64,000 nt of DNA from an uncultured Candidatus Micrarchaeota archaeon (GCA_963714085.1 OY970229.1:1056001-1120000), one strand, 5' to 3'. Positions 28,989 through 39,256 are shown, numbered from the stretch's first letter. Translations and numbers: made by a program. The notes: generated by a model not told the origin, from the sequence alone.

Positions 28989-29576
28989 ATGGGACTCAGA
29001 AGGGAATTGCTTCTCGTCATCGTGCTGCTCCTGCTCATAGTCCTTCTCGTCAAGGCAGTCGGGTTCTTCCAGCCAAACGTGCAGCCGGCTGACGCGGCGA
29101 ATTTCGTGCTCCAGGACCTGGCCGTGAAGTATCCAACGGCCAATATCTCCATACTCGAGACCACACCCATGGTAAACAGCCAGGGTGAGAAATATTTCGA
29201 GGTGAAGGCGAAGGTCACGGAGGGGGTCTACACGCCCTGCCCGGTGAGGGAGCACATCTACTACGATTACCCGGTGCAGAACTTCGTCCCGCAGCCGCCC
29301 GACATCGTAACCGACAACTGCACGGTCTGCACCACGGGCACCTGCATACTCAACTTCCCCGAAGAGGCGATAATCGCGTCCCACACGTTCCCCGGGACGG
29401 AGCAAGTATCCTCGTTCATAAACGCCTCGCAGGCGGTTCCGAGCACGGAGGACCTGGGGACGCAATGGCTCGTGAAATGGGATTCGGTGAGCTCGCCTTA
29501 CTATTATACCGTCCTGCTCGACAAGGGCGGCGAAGTGCTCAACGTGACGCAGACGCAGAAACCGTCTACCCAATAG
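28989..29576 (+). CDS. Membrane-anchored exported hypothetical protein
   Basis: N-terminal TM helix; CP..C..C..C, EEAIIASH. Confidence 0.7.
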   Translation: MGLRRELLLVIVLLLLIVLLVKAVGFFQPNVQPADAANFVLQDLAVKYPTANISILETTPMVNSQGEKYFEVKAKVTEGVYTPCPVREHIYYDYPVQNFVPQPPDIVTDNCTVCTTGTCILNFPEEAIIASHTFPGTEQVSSFINASQAVPSTEDLGTQWLVKWDSVSSPYYYTVLLDKGGEVLNVTQTQKPSTQ

Positions 29577-30537
29577 ATACCCTGCTGCCTTCTGTTGCTA
29601 TCTCTTTTCCGATGAATTTCCGGATTATCTCCGCGTTCGTCTGCAGGTGGGCGCTCATGCCCGAAGTTGTGAACGAGGTTTTGCCGTCCGCGAGCGCGCC
29701 GTAGATTAGCAGCTGGTCAGCCAGATGCGCGTCCACGTCCGAATCGCTTTTTTTCTCCTTCATCAGGGCGTCGTAGGCCTCCTGTGCCACGGCCTCGGAC
29801 TTCTTCCCCTTCTCTCCCAGCGCGTAGCTGCCGAGCAGCCCGGCCCAGGCGGTCACGCAGTTCCCCGGGCAGCTCACGTCGTCCTCGAACACGCGGATGT
29901 CCTCGATGCCGTTCTGGACGAATATCTTCTTCTCCCGTATGGCGACCAGCATGGGGAGCTTGGACAAGCGGATCAGGACCCTGACATGCTCTTCTTTCGG
30001 CCAAACGACGTTCCCGGCGAGCCTGGACGGCTTTATCGTCATCTCGATCCTTCCGCCTCCCGTCGGGTAGTATCCGGGCCTTACGATCCTGCTCTCCACA
30101 GCAGCTCCCATCAACCGTATCGCAGGCAGGAAGACCTTGTCGAAATAGTCGTATCCCGGGGACTTCATGACATGCGTGCCCCCGGTTATCCTCACCTCGC
30201 TCTCCTTGGATGCCGCGAGCAGGATGGGGATCAGCGTCTGCGCCACGAGCGTGGCCGAGCCCGCGGTGCCGATGTCGAAATCGTACCTTCCGCCCACTAT
30301 CTCGCCCGGGTGGAAGACTAGGTTCCTGCTGCCCTGCTCCGCGCCTTCGAGCGTCCCCCTGCACACGTTGCGCACCGCCTTCACCGCGGTCAGGTGCTGC
30401 GGCTGGAGCCCCGGGTTCGGCCTTCCGGCGCGGATGCTGTCTATGGATACGTCTTTCCTCGTGATCGCGGCGAGGGTGAGCGCGGTCCTTATGACCTGGC
30501 CGCCACCCTCCCCATGGGATCCATCTACATGTATCAT
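29566..30537 (-). CDS. rtcA: RNA 3'-terminal phosphate cyclase
   Basis: DGSHGEGGGQVIR, PGLQPQH, GYYPTGGG, DAHLADQL. Confidence 0.95.
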   Translation of the reverse strand: MIHVDGSHGEGGGQVIRTALTLAAITRKDVSIDSIRAGRPNPGLQPQHLTAVKAVRNVCRGTLEGAEQGSRNLVFHPGEIVGGRYDFDIGTAGSATLVAQTLIPILLAASKESEVRITGGTHVMKSPGYDYFDKVFLPAIRLMGAAVESRIVRPGYYPTGGGRIEMTIKPSRLAGNVVWPKEEHVRVLIRLSKLPMLVAIREKKIFVQNGIEDIRVFEDDVSCPGNCVTAWAGLLGSYALGEKGKKSEAVAQEAYDALMKEKKSDSDVDAHLADQLLIYGALADGKTSFTTSGMSAHLQTNAEIIRKFIGKEIATEGSRVSIG

Positions 30538-30721
30538 AAATGCACCGTGTGAAATACCAGGCACTAAGCCGAATGAAAATTAGGCCAGCGGTTTGACCCG
30601 CTGGCAAGGCGACCAGTTATCCTCCCATGCACTCAAAAAGAGCGTGAGTCAATTACAAGTTAAATTTATTCATATTTATAAATCTTCCCATCCGCGGTGT
30701 CAATTTATGCTGGCTGATGTA

Positions 30722-31585
30722 TTATTCTGAAAACACGAACCTCGTGGCCCCGTCGTAACCGCCTTCCAGGATCCCGGCCAGGCGCGCCTCGCTCCCTGCG
30801 ACGACCACGCACTCCACGCGCGCGGCGGCTACGGCCATGTTTCTGGCCTTGACCGCCATGCCATCGGTTATCACGCCCTGCTCCATGAGCCGCACGGCTG
30901 AACCCTGGTCCAGCACCGCCAGCCTCGAGCCGTCTTCTCCGAGCACGGCCTTGTCCGAGAGCATGATGAGCTTCCCTGCGCCTGCCTCGACGGCCACGCA
31001 AGCCGCCACCTCGTCGGCATTTATGTTCAGGAACCGGTAATCTTCGTCGCTGCCCTGGAGCCCCATGGAGGACATCACCACCACGTCGCTTCTCTCCAGC
31101 ACGTTCTTCAGCACCCCGAGGTCCACTTCGTCCACGTTGCCGCTGCAGCTGTCGCCTATCGGCTTGCCGCGCACTATCGGCGCTCCGCCGGCGATGCCCG
31201 CCTGACAGACGCTCATGCCGTGCCCACTGATTGCGCTGGCTATCTCGTGGTTTATCCATTCGAACACGCCCGTGATGACGTGCATGGCCTTTGGGGTGGT
31301 GACCCGTATCCCGTCCTTTTTTTCAGTTTTGATGCCAGCCTCGGAAAGCGCCGCGTCTATCTGCTTCCCTCCTCCGTGGATTATTATGAACTTGCTTCCC
31401 TTGGCCACCGCATCCTTTATGTCTGCGGCGAGCGCAGCGAGCCTTCCCTTGTCATCCAGGATCTTGCCGCTGAGCTTCACTACCACCAGGTTGGAAATCA
31501 GCTTGCCGGTCTCCGGCTGCTTCTTGCTGGCCCTGGGCGTGGAATGGCCCTCTCTAAGCAGTTGCAGATGGGCAGCTGGCGACAT
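30722..31585 (-). CDS. argB: Acetylglutamate kinase-like amino-acid kinase
   Basis: VVKLSG, IHGGG, GIRVT, NINAD, GMAVK; about 30-aa N-terminal extension. Confidence 0.75.
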   Translation of the reverse strand: MSPAAHLQLLREGHSTPRASKKQPETGKLISNLVVVKLSGKILDDKGRLAALAADIKDAVAKGSKFIIIHGGGKQIDAALSEAGIKTEKKDGIRVTTPKAMHVITGVFEWINHEIASAISGHGMSVCQAGIAGGAPIVRGKPIGDSCSGNVDEVDLGVLKNVLERSDVVVMSSMGLQGSDEDYRFLNINADEVAACVAVEAGAGKLIMLSDKAVLGEDGSRLAVLDQGSAVRLMEQGVITDGMAVKARNMAVAAARVECVVVAGSEARLAGILEGGYDGATRFVFSE

Positions 31586-31589
31586 GGTC

Positions 31590-32195
31590 TCATCCGGTCG
31601 TGGCAAACGAACTCGGTATAGCCGCCACGAGGGGCGCGTATCTGGCGGCGTTCTCTTCCCGGATACCCCGCCAGTACACGTTATATCCCCCTACGGGTAT
31701 CGGGCCGTCTGCCCCGTGTTCTACGTACCATCTGTTTGTCGCGTCCCTTTCGGGTCCCTTCCCGGTCCGCCACATCAATTCAGGATACTCCGTCCCCAGG
31801 ATTGTCCATATCGCGCTCCCGACTCCGTTTCCTTTAAAATCCGGGTGTGTCGCGAACTTGCAGAGGTAGGAATATGGTATGCCTGGTATGTCCCTGATTA
31901 GCGCGATGCTTTTGACATTTCCCTTTTCCACGATCACGCCCTGGAAGTCGTCCATGTCCATGTAGCCTTCCACAAGCTTTCTCCCGAAGCTGAGCTCGAG
32001 CAAGGATTTCATCCGGGCCACGTCGGAGGGCAAAAAGCATTTCAGGCTCGGTTCGCATGCGAATTCGTAGTCCCTTGCAACGCGTGGTACTAGCTCCACC
32101 AACGGTCTTGGAACCACTAACTTTGATGCAGAATCCGAAGTGGTCGCACTCCGTCTTGAAGCTTTTCCGGCATTGTATCCTATCAATCCAGGCAT
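31590..32195 (-). CDS. NAT/DUF619-like N-acetyltransferase domain protein (as in vertebrate-type NAGS)
   Basis: LLELSFGRKL..Y, YLCKFA, GNGVG.AIW, LMWR, NRWY...ADG, VYWRG. Confidence 0.75.
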   Translation of the reverse strand: MPGLIGYNAGKASRRSATTSDSASKLVVPRPLVELVPRVARDYEFACEPSLKCFLPSDVARMKSLLELSFGRKLVEGYMDMDDFQGVIVEKGNVKSIALIRDIPGIPYSYLCKFATHPDFKGNGVGSAIWTILGTEYPELMWRTGKGPERDATNRWYVEHGADGPIPVGGYNVYWRGIREENAARYAPLVAAIPSSFATTG

Positions 32196-32277
32196 GATTC
32201 CATTGCGCCGGACTCGCTATTTAAATATTTCGTAACTTGTGTTACATTTATATTATAATATGTTCCAAATGTAACAC

Positions 32278-32886
32278 ATGGAGGAGAACATATCCGAGCT
32301 GGTGTGGCTCTACGTCAAGAAACGCCCATTCCTCAAGGAGATGCTGCGCGAGCGCATAGCAAATTATTCCTCCCTCGCGAGGAAGATATCCAAGGAGGCC
32401 TTCGGCAACGAGCGGCGCTCGAACGCCGTGAAGATGGCCCTGGTGCGCATGGTGGGCAGGATACGGGAGAGGGAGGAGGACCTGGAAGGGAGGATACTCT
32501 CGGTCCTGCGCCGCAGCTCGCTCTCCATAAAGAGCAAGGTCGCGGTGATAATATGCTCCCGCGAGCTGGAGAAGGTCAAATACCTCTCGTACGCGGAGAG
32601 CGGGGGCATCATAATCTATGTGACCACCCTGCAGGAGGCGGAGAAGGCGAGGCGTTCCAAGTCCGTGGTGCGCATCGAGACCAACCTCAACCTGATGACG
32701 GTCCACAGCCCGCCATCGCTTGAGGACACCCCGGGCGTGATAGCCCATGTCCTCGATTCCCTGGCCGAGGAGGGCATAAACGTCATTGAATTCGTCTCGT
32801 GCTACACCGACACGCTGCTGGTCGTCAAGGAGGCCGACACCGCGAGGGCGTACGAGATCCTGAGCAGCTTGACGGCTGATAAGTAG
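32278..32886 (+). CDS. ACT-domain regulatory protein
   Basis: IANYSSLAR N-terminus; TPGVIA...EGINVIEFVSCYTD C-terminus. Confidence 0.85.
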   Translation: MEENISELVWLYVKKRPFLKEMLRERIANYSSLARKISKEAFGNERRSNAVKMALVRMVGRIREREEDLEGRILSVLRRSSLSIKSKVAVIICSRELEKVKYLSYAESGGIIIYVTTLQEAEKARRSKSVVRIETNLNLMTVHSPPSLEDTPGVIAHVLDSLAEEGINVIEFVSCYTDTLLVVKEADTARAYEILSSLTADK

Positions 32887-34023
32887 CTAATCCGGCAATG
32901 CCTCGGCGCCGACCACCGTCGCTCGTAACGCATTCCTGCGGATTTTCGGTGCGATGTAAACTTCGGAAGCACTACGGACGCCCGTTGCCCCGGAGTTCAA
33001 AGCTCCGGGTTTCGGGCAGGGGGAAGCGGTCTGGATCGGAGCCGGTGCGCTTTGCGTGGCATCCCAGGATTCAACAAACACCGCGCCCGCCGCAAAGGTG
33101 TCCATCTTCGCAGCCGGAACCATCGGTTGCGATACCGCTGGCCTGGGAGCACGGACCATGATGCCACGCAACGGGGAAACGTAAACCGGAACAGGCGCGT
33201 AATCGGCTTCCTGCACCGGCACGGCCGGGGCATCCGCTCCGCGGGCCGCAGGCGCGCTGTACACTTCCAAGGGACGTCCGGTCGCCCCGTAGACGCGGAT
33301 CTCCGGGATGATGCTCTGCGCGGTCCTTTCCGGGCTGTGCCGCGTGGCGCTCACCCTGCATTCCGGTTTCTGCGGGCATTCAACGCGCTCAGAGGAGCGT
33401 TCCGGTTGCGGTACAATGACCGAAACAGGTTCCGAGCGCTCCATCCTGTGCCCGTGCAACTGGCTCGGATCCGGTGAGCGCTCCGTCCGCTCCGCCACCG
33501 CTTCGCTCGTATGCGCTGGAAGCGGCTCCCCGCGCGCTTCGCATATGATAATGTGCGCCAAAGGCAGCGGCTCCCTTGGGTCTTCTGCTGCCATGCTCTC
33601 GTGTACAAAGTGGCGGATTTCATGCCCCGCACCTTCCGTTCTCCAGTCCGTGGGTTCGGATGCGGCATGTTCGCGGGGCGTTTCCTGCTGGCAGCTCCAA
33701 TGGGATTCCTGGGCCACGTGCGCCGTACTGGCGAATTCCGCGGCATGCGGACGCTCGGCCGCGTTCTCCTCGAGGACTGGTACGCGCCTCATCGCCTCAT
33801 GCGACGGCCGCGGGTCCGGATTCAGGACTGTCAGCCCGTATTTATTGTAATAGCCGCGGGTGCCGACCACCGCCCGGTAGGCGCCATAGGATTTGTGCGG
33901 CGTCCTGCAATAATATCTCCTGTGGATTCCGGACTCCCATCTCTGGCTGCGAGTCCCGCGCCCCTTTCCCGCAGGCTGGCCCGGGCTACGCTCTGGGGGA
34001 AGTTTGAATCTCTGAGCAGACAT
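32887..34023 (-). CDS. Low-complexity, probably disordered hypothetical protein
   Basis: 379-codon ORF filling the gap; P/E/R/A rich; start chosen at ATG 34023 to avoid overlap with recJ. Confidence 0.55.
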   Translation of the reverse strand: MSAQRFKLPPERSPGQPAGKGRGTRSQRWESGIHRRYYCRTPHKSYGAYRAVVGTRGYYNKYGLTVLNPDPRPSHEAMRRVPVLEENAAERPHAAEFASTAHVAQESHWSCQQETPREHAASEPTDWRTEGAGHEIRHFVHESMAAEDPREPLPLAHIIICEARGEPLPAHTSEAVAERTERSPDPSQLHGHRMERSEPVSVIVPQPERSSERVECPQKPECRVSATRHSPERTAQSIIPEIRVYGATGRPLEVYSAPAARGADAPAVPVQEADYAPVPVYVSPLRGIMVRAPRPAVSQPMVPAAKMDTFAAGAVFVESWDATQSAPAPIQTASPCPKPGALNSGATGVRSASEVYIAPKIRRNALRATVVGAEALPD

Positions 34024-34136
34024 CGCTCTTCCGGGCTCTTCCCGTCCCTCTTTTTTCAGAGTGCTAAGATTGAAGCTTCTCACGATTGAGGCTGGGTGGA
34101 AAGGGTATTTAAAGATTTGTCCGGCTGCTGATTGTT

Positions 34137-35465
34137 CTACGTCTTTTGTCCCAATTCCTTTCCTGCGGCGAGCAGGAATTCGTTTATCTTGCCCGCCGGG
34201 ATGGAAGCGCCAGCGGCTATCCTGTGCCCGCCCCCCACGCCTCCCGAGGCTTCCACGCCGGCCCTCATGACCTGCGCGAGGTTCAATCCGGCGGCCATGA
34301 GCGCCCTTGGCGTGCGGGAGGAGACCTTTATGGTGTTGTTCTCGCCGTCCGAGATGCCGATTATCGGCTTCGTCCACGTGGCGCGGAGCACCATGCCGCA
34401 CACCGTGCCGATTATGGACTCCTCCACCTTCCCGCGCGCGTCCAGGAAATAGAACGGCCCGAGGTCCTGCACGTTGGCAGACGCGAAGCCTATGCCGTCC
34501 CTTATCATCTTCCTGTGGAACGCGAGCAGCATCCTCGCCTCCGCGTACGCGGACTCGTCGCCGAGGCAGACTTTCAGCCCTATGTCCGCCCTCTCGTGCC
34601 TTCCGCAGGCGTTCAGCAGCGTGGAGAACTCGTTCGCCTCGTAGGTCTCGTTCTTCGGCCGCTTCGGGAACACGTAGGACTCGCCTATCAGGTCGTTCGC
34701 CCTCTTCACCATGTTGCTTGCCACCAGGATGTTGGCGATCTCGGATATCAGCTTCCTCTTCTCCTCCTCGTTTAAGTCTGCATACACCCGCCAGCGCTCG
34801 CCGTCCTTGAGCTCTATCCCGAGGTTCGCGAGCAGCCCGGTCGCCCGCTCCTCGTTATAGGATATCATGGGTATGTACGGGTCGTCCGAATAGGCCAGGA
34901 ACTGGACGAGCGGCCTGCAGTAGCGTCCGTAGAATCGCAGGTCTATGTCCACCTTGATATCGTTGCTCCGCACTCCCTGTTCCACCACCCACCTGTTCAT
35001 GGATTTTAGCGGGGACTGGATGTCCCCGATCGCGCCCACGATGCCCAGGTCCACCCTGGAGCGGAAGACGCAATACGCCGCTCCCGCGGCGCTCAGCTCG
35101 TCCGAGCCCTCGATCCCGTGGAGCATGGGGTTTGCCTGCGGCTTCGTTATGCCGCTGGTCTGGTGATGGTCTATTATCAGCACGTCCTTGAGCTCGTTAA
35201 CCCTCGCGTTGCCCCCGCCCAGATCCGAGAAGATTATCTCCTGCTCCCCGATCAGCGCGTCGATGGCCGCGTCATCGAGCTTCCTGATGCACCTGCTCCT
35301 TGGATTCTTCCCAGCATCGCGCAGCGCCCCGACCACTATCGCCCCGGAGCTCACCCCGTCCGCGTCGTGGTGGTGGACCACGAGTGGATCCTTGAATGAG
35401 AGCGCTAACTTGCGCGCCTCTTCGCAGGAATCCAGGAACGCTAGCTGGTTGGTTTCCAAGTCCAT
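34137..35465 (-). CDS. RecJ/Cdc45-like DHH phosphoesterase
   Basis: HDADG, DLG, IDHH, DHHA1 GGGHRIAAGA. Confidence 0.92.
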   Translation of the reverse strand: MDLETNQLAFLDSCEEARKLALSFKDPLVVHHHDADGVSSGAIVVGALRDAGKNPRSRCIRKLDDAAIDALIGEQEIIFSDLGGGNARVNELKDVLIIDHHQTSGITKPQANPMLHGIEGSDELSAAGAAYCVFRSRVDLGIVGAIGDIQSPLKSMNRWVVEQGVRSNDIKVDIDLRFYGRYCRPLVQFLAYSDDPYIPMISYNEERATGLLANLGIELKDGERWRVYADLNEEEKRKLISEIANILVASNMVKRANDLIGESYVFPKRPKNETYEANEFSTLLNACGRHERADIGLKVCLGDESAYAEARMLLAFHRKMIRDGIGFASANVQDLGPFYFLDARGKVEESIIGTVCGMVLRATWTKPIIGISDGENNTIKVSSRTPRALMAAGLNLAQVMRAGVEASGGVGGGHRIAAGASIPAGKINEFLLAAGKELGQKT

Positions 35466-35529
35466 GATAAGAGTTCCGCTCGCCTAATTTTTTAAACCGT
35501 GCCCACCACCGTTACCTAAGGTGTTTCAC

Positions 35530-36966
35530 TTGAACATAGAAAAGGCGAAAGATTTCTCAGAATGGTACAACACGATCACGAAAGAAGCTGAGCTCTGCGA
35601 CCTGCGCTACCCAGTGAAGGGGTTCGTGGTGTTCATGCCGTGGTCCGTGATGACCATGAAAAGGATGTACTTCATGTACGAGCAGGCCCTCGAGCGCAAC
35701 GGCCACGTGCCCGCATGGTTCCCCGCGCTTATCCCGGAGTCATTCTTGATGAAGGAGAAGGAGCACGTCGAAGGGTTCGCACCCGAAGTCTTCTGGGTGA
35801 CCAAAGCCGGTTTGAACGAAGTCGAGGAACGGCTGGCCATGAGACCGACCTCCGAAACCGCGTTCTACACCATGTATTCGCTCTGGGTCCACGGGCTCAA
35901 GGACCTCCCGCTGAAAGTGTACCAGTCCTGCCAGGTCTGGCGCTACGAGACCAAGGCCACGAAGCCGTTCATACGCTCCAGGGAGTTCCACTGGATAGAA
36001 GCCCATGATGTTTTTGCAACCGAGACCGAAGCAATGGCCCAGGTGCGGCAGGACATGGGGATGGCTGAAGAAGTGATCCATCAGAAGTTCGGGATCCCGT
36101 TCCTTTTCTTCAGGAGGCCGCAGTGGGACAAGTTCGCAGGGGCGGTGGACACTTTCGCAGCGGACACGCTGCTTCCGGACATGCGCACGCTCCAGCTTCC
36201 CTCAACCCACATGCTCGGCCAGAATTTCGCCAAATCGTTCAACGTGAAATACACGGACGAGAAGGGCGAGGAGAAGTTCTGCTGGCAGACCACCTACGGG
36301 CCGGCAATCTCGCGCATATACGCGGCGCTAATCGCCACGCACGGTGACGAGCGGGGGCTCGTGCTTCCGTTCGACCTTGCGCCTGTCCAGGTCGTCATAG
36401 TGCCCATAGTGAAAGGTGAAAACAAGGGGAAAGTGCTAACGAAGTGCAAAGAAGTGGAGAGGCAGCTCTCATCTTTCCGCGTGAAGCTCGACGATTCCGA
36501 GAACACCCCGGGCTTCAAGTACAACCAGTGGGAGATGAAGGGCGTGCCGGTGCGCATAGAAATCGGCGAGCGCGACATCGACTCTGGAAGTGCAATGGTC
36601 GTGCGGCGCGACACGAAGGAGAAACTGAAAATCAACTTCGGAGAGCTCGAAAAGGAGATCTCAAAAATATCCGTAAGTATGCTCGCGAACCTCGTTTCGA
36701 AAGCGGACGCATGGTTCAAGGGGCAGCTCGGCGCGGCGGAGTCCATGGACGCGCTCGCGGCAGAGCTGGAGAAGCACGGCTTCGTGCGCGTGCCCTTCTG
36801 CACGGACCAAATGGAGGGCGAGAAATGCGCTGATGCGGTCAAGGAGAAGACCCACGCGAACATGCGCGGCTCGCTGTTCGATTCGAAGGAGGTTCCGAAA
36901 GGCGCCAACTGCATCGCGTGCGGCAAGAAGGCGACGGTATACCTCTATGGGGCTAGGCAATACTGA
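35530..36966 (+). CDS. proS: Proline--tRNA ligase (archaeal/eukaryotic type)
   Basis: MRPTSET, WRYETK, REFHWIEAH, C-terminal ARQY; TTG start after AGGTG SD. Confidence 0.96.
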   Translation: MNIEKAKDFSEWYNTITKEAELCDLRYPVKGFVVFMPWSVMTMKRMYFMYEQALERNGHVPAWFPALIPESFLMKEKEHVEGFAPEVFWVTKAGLNEVEERLAMRPTSETAFYTMYSLWVHGLKDLPLKVYQSCQVWRYETKATKPFIRSREFHWIEAHDVFATETEAMAQVRQDMGMAEEVIHQKFGIPFLFFRRPQWDKFAGAVDTFAADTLLPDMRTLQLPSTHMLGQNFAKSFNVKYTDEKGEEKFCWQTTYGPAISRIYAALIATHGDERGLVLPFDLAPVQVVIVPIVKGENKGKVLTKCKEVERQLSSFRVKLDDSENTPGFKYNQWEMKGVPVRIEIGERDIDSGSAMVVRRDTKEKLKINFGELEKEISKISVSMLANLVSKADAWFKGQLGAAESMDALAAELEKHGFVRVPFCTDQMEGEKCADAVKEKTHANMRGSLFDSKEVPKGANCIACGKKATVYLYGARQY

Positions 36967-36976
36967 ACGAAGTAGA

Positions 36977-37049
36977 TAGCCCCGGGCAGATTCGAACTGC
37001 CGTCAATGGGTCCAAAGCCCACTATCCTTGACCGCTAGACGACGGGGCT
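36977..37049 (-). tRNA. tRNA-Gln(UUG)
   Basis: AGCCCCG...GTGGG CTTTGGA CCCAT...GGCAG TTCGAAT CTGCC CGGGGCT A; A1-U72 pair typical of archaeal tRNA-Gln. Confidence 0.95.
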
Positions 37050-37128
37050 GTGATTGGTATAGTGCTTCTGATAGCAATTATAACCTTTTCGTAGGATTAT
37101 CAAAACTCGCAACACGGAACGCGTTCTC

Positions 37129-37201
37129 GGGCCCGTAGTCGAATGGCTAAGACGCTACTCTCACACAGTAGAGATTGCCGGTTCGATCCCGGCCGGGCCC
37201 A
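37129..37201 (+). tRNA. tRNA-Val(CAC)
   Basis: GGGCCCG...CTACT CTCACAC AGTAG...GCCGG TTCGATC CCGGC CGGGCCC A; divergent from tRNA-Gln. Confidence 0.93.
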
Positions 37202-37202
37202 T

Positions 37203-37748
37203 TCATTCTTCTGGCTTCGGATTTTGAGAATCCGAGCCCCGGAGCCGCTCCAGTATCCTGGCCCCCATCTTGAGCATCTGTGGATCGTCGTCCGGAGCCC
37301 AGCGGTAAAAATAGTTGACAGCGCCCGAATCCGCCAGGTCCGCGAATTTTCGATACGTTTCAGGGTCATAGACACAGAGTATGACCGCGGAATCCGGATT
37401 GCCTTTCCTGAAAGACCATATCGCGGTTCTGAGCGCATCTATCCTATCCGGGAATACGCTGGAGCTGCGCAGGATGAGCATGTCCGCCCTTAACCCTTTT
37501 GCTGCGAAGAATTCAGAATATCTCATAACCCTGCTGCTTCCCATGGCCCCGGTATGAGAGCGTATGATAGCGCCTAAGCCCAACGTTTCCACCTCATGGT
37601 CGCTGTCATCTACTGCGAAAATAATCGTCTTGCCTCTGAGTCCATCGATGATGTGCCGATCGCCTTTCATCAATCCGCCGAACTCCGGATATGCATCTGG
37701 GCGCACGGCGGGCTGCTGATGGCCTGGAGTCGCTTTACGGACAGCCAT
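37203..37748 (-). CDS. Hypothetical protein, weak receiver/flavodoxin-like pattern
   Basis: IIFAVDDS...ADMLIL...NPDSAVILC...SGAVNYF. Confidence 0.5.
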   Translation of the reverse strand: MAVRKATPGHQQPAVRPDAYPEFGGLMKGDRHIIDGLRGKTIIFAVDDSDHEVETLGLGAIIRSHTGAMGSSRVMRYSEFFAAKGLRADMLILRSSSVFPDRIDALRTAIWSFRKGNPDSAVILCVYDPETYRKFADLADSGAVNYFYRWAPDDDPQMLKMGARILERLRGSDSQNPKPEE

Positions 37749-37807
37749 ATCATGGGTGTATGGGAAGAAATGTTTAAATACGAGATTATCCAAGTGGCAG
37801 TTTTATA

Positions 37808-38443
37808 ATGAGCTTCTCTCAAATCAGAATCAATCGCGAAAGGGCTGATGACTTGCAGAAACGACTGAAAGACCTTTACCTGGAACTGCTGGCTGCGTAC
37901 GGGCACCAGGGATGGTGGCCGGCCGGCTCGCCCTACGAAGTGATGGTCGGAGCGGTGCTCACGCAGAACACGAACTGGAGGAACGTCGAGAAGGCGGTCG
38001 CGAACCTGAAAGCCGCGGACTGCCTCTCGCCGTCCGCGATGCTCGCCACGCGTAAAGCGAGGCTCGAGGCGCTCATCCGGCCGAGCGGCTTCTACAGGCA
38101 GAAGGCCGAACGGTTGAAACGCGCCACTGAGACGTGGACGGAGATTAACCGGCGCAAGTCGAGACTCGACACCATTGCGCTCCGCAGCAGGTGGCTGTCG
38201 GTGAAAGGGGTAGGGAAAGAGACCGCTGATTCCATCCTCCTCTATGCTTACGGGCGCCCGGTGTTCGTGGTGGACGCCTACACGCGGCTTTTCTGCAGCC
38301 ATCACGACCTGTTCGAGGCAAAGGAATACGACGAATACAGGCATTTCTTCGAGTCGAACATCCCAGGTTCCGTTCCGCTGTTCAAGGAGTACCACGCACT
38401 GATAGTGCAGTGGGCGAAACAGAACAAGAGAAAAAAGTCCTGA
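37808..38443 (+). CDS. HhH-GPD DNA glycosylase (endonuclease III-related)
   Basis: GWWPA, GAVLTQNTNW, VKGVGKETADSILLYA, VVDAYT, EYHALIV. Confidence 0.92.
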   Translation: MSFSQIRINRERADDLQKRLKDLYLELLAAYGHQGWWPAGSPYEVMVGAVLTQNTNWRNVEKAVANLKAADCLSPSAMLATRKARLEALIRPSGFYRQKAERLKRATETWTEINRRKSRLDTIALRSRWLSVKGVGKETADSILLYAYGRPVFVVDAYTRLFCSHHDLFEAKEYDEYRHFFESNIPGSVPLFKEYHALIVQWAKQNKRKKS

Positions 38444-38449
38444 AACCGC

Positions 38450-39256
38450 TCAGAACCCTATGTGCTCGCGCACCCACTCGCGCAGCGCATCCTTCTTCCT
38501 CTCCTCCTCCTTCTCCTCTTTCTTTTCCTCTTCGCTATTATCGACTATCTCGATTTCCTCCTCTTTCTTCTCCTCATGCTTCGTTTCAGTCTTCTTATGG
38601 TGCGCGAGGATGTCTTCGGCCATCTTCTCGATGTCCTCTTTCTTCCGGCTTCTCTTCGCCTTCTTCGGAGCTGGCTTCTCTGCAGTTTTCTTCGGCTTTT
38701 CCTTCACGACCTTCTTGGCCGGCTTCGTCCGGGCTCTCCGCTTCCTCGCGTAGCCCATGACCTTGCCCAGGAGATTCAGGTAGAGCTCGCCCCTGTTGGA
38801 CGGCGTGAGCATCTGCACCTCGCCCCACGCCCCGTAGTCCTCGATGTAATCCCGATGCAGCGAGGCCACCAGCGGCGTGTCGCTTTCGAGCAGGTCGCCG
38901 AGGAGCTCGCTGAACTTCGCGCTCTTCATCTCCATCCTGCCGATCTCGTCTATGACGATGACGTCGTATCTGGATGCCTTTTGAAGTATGGGCAGCGCCA
39001 CGCTCTCGAACGCGCGGACGTCCACGTGGTATTTCGCGACCTTCGGGCCGTCGATGTCCGTCGCCGCGAACGTCTCGCGGGTGCCGGTCTCCACGTCCTC
39101 GACCGCGAACCCGGTCCGCGCGCCGTGGGCCTTCGCATCCGGGGTTATGAAGCCGCCGACCCTCAGCCCCTGCGCTTTCATCTTCTCCACCAGCTTGCGC
39201 AGCAGCGTCGTCTTGCCGGATTTCGGCATCCCGCTTATGAAGTAGTTGTTAGGCAT
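38450..39256 (-). CDS. Nucleoside-triphosphatase (THEP1/NTPase_1) with long K/E-rich tail
   Basis: GMPKSGKTT, VGGFIT, IVIDEIGRME. Confidence 0.88.
   Translation of the reverse strand: MPNNYFISGMPKSGKTTLLRKLVEKMKAQGLRVGGFITPDAKAHGARTGFAVEDVETGTRETFAATDIDGPKVAKYHVDVRAFESVALPILQKASRYDVIVIDEIGRMEMKSAKFSELLGDLLESDTPLVASLHRDYIEDYGAWGEVQMLTPSNRGELYLNLLGKVMGYARKRRARTKPAKKVVKEKPKKTAEKPAPKKAKRSRKKEDIEKMAEDILAHHKKTETKHEEKKEEEIEIVDNSEEEKKEEKEEERKKDALREWVREHIGF

Noticed and set aside
34024..34401. N-terminal extension of ORF 32887-34401
   Set aside because: Overlaps the recJ-like gene out of frame and crosses a TATA-containing spacer
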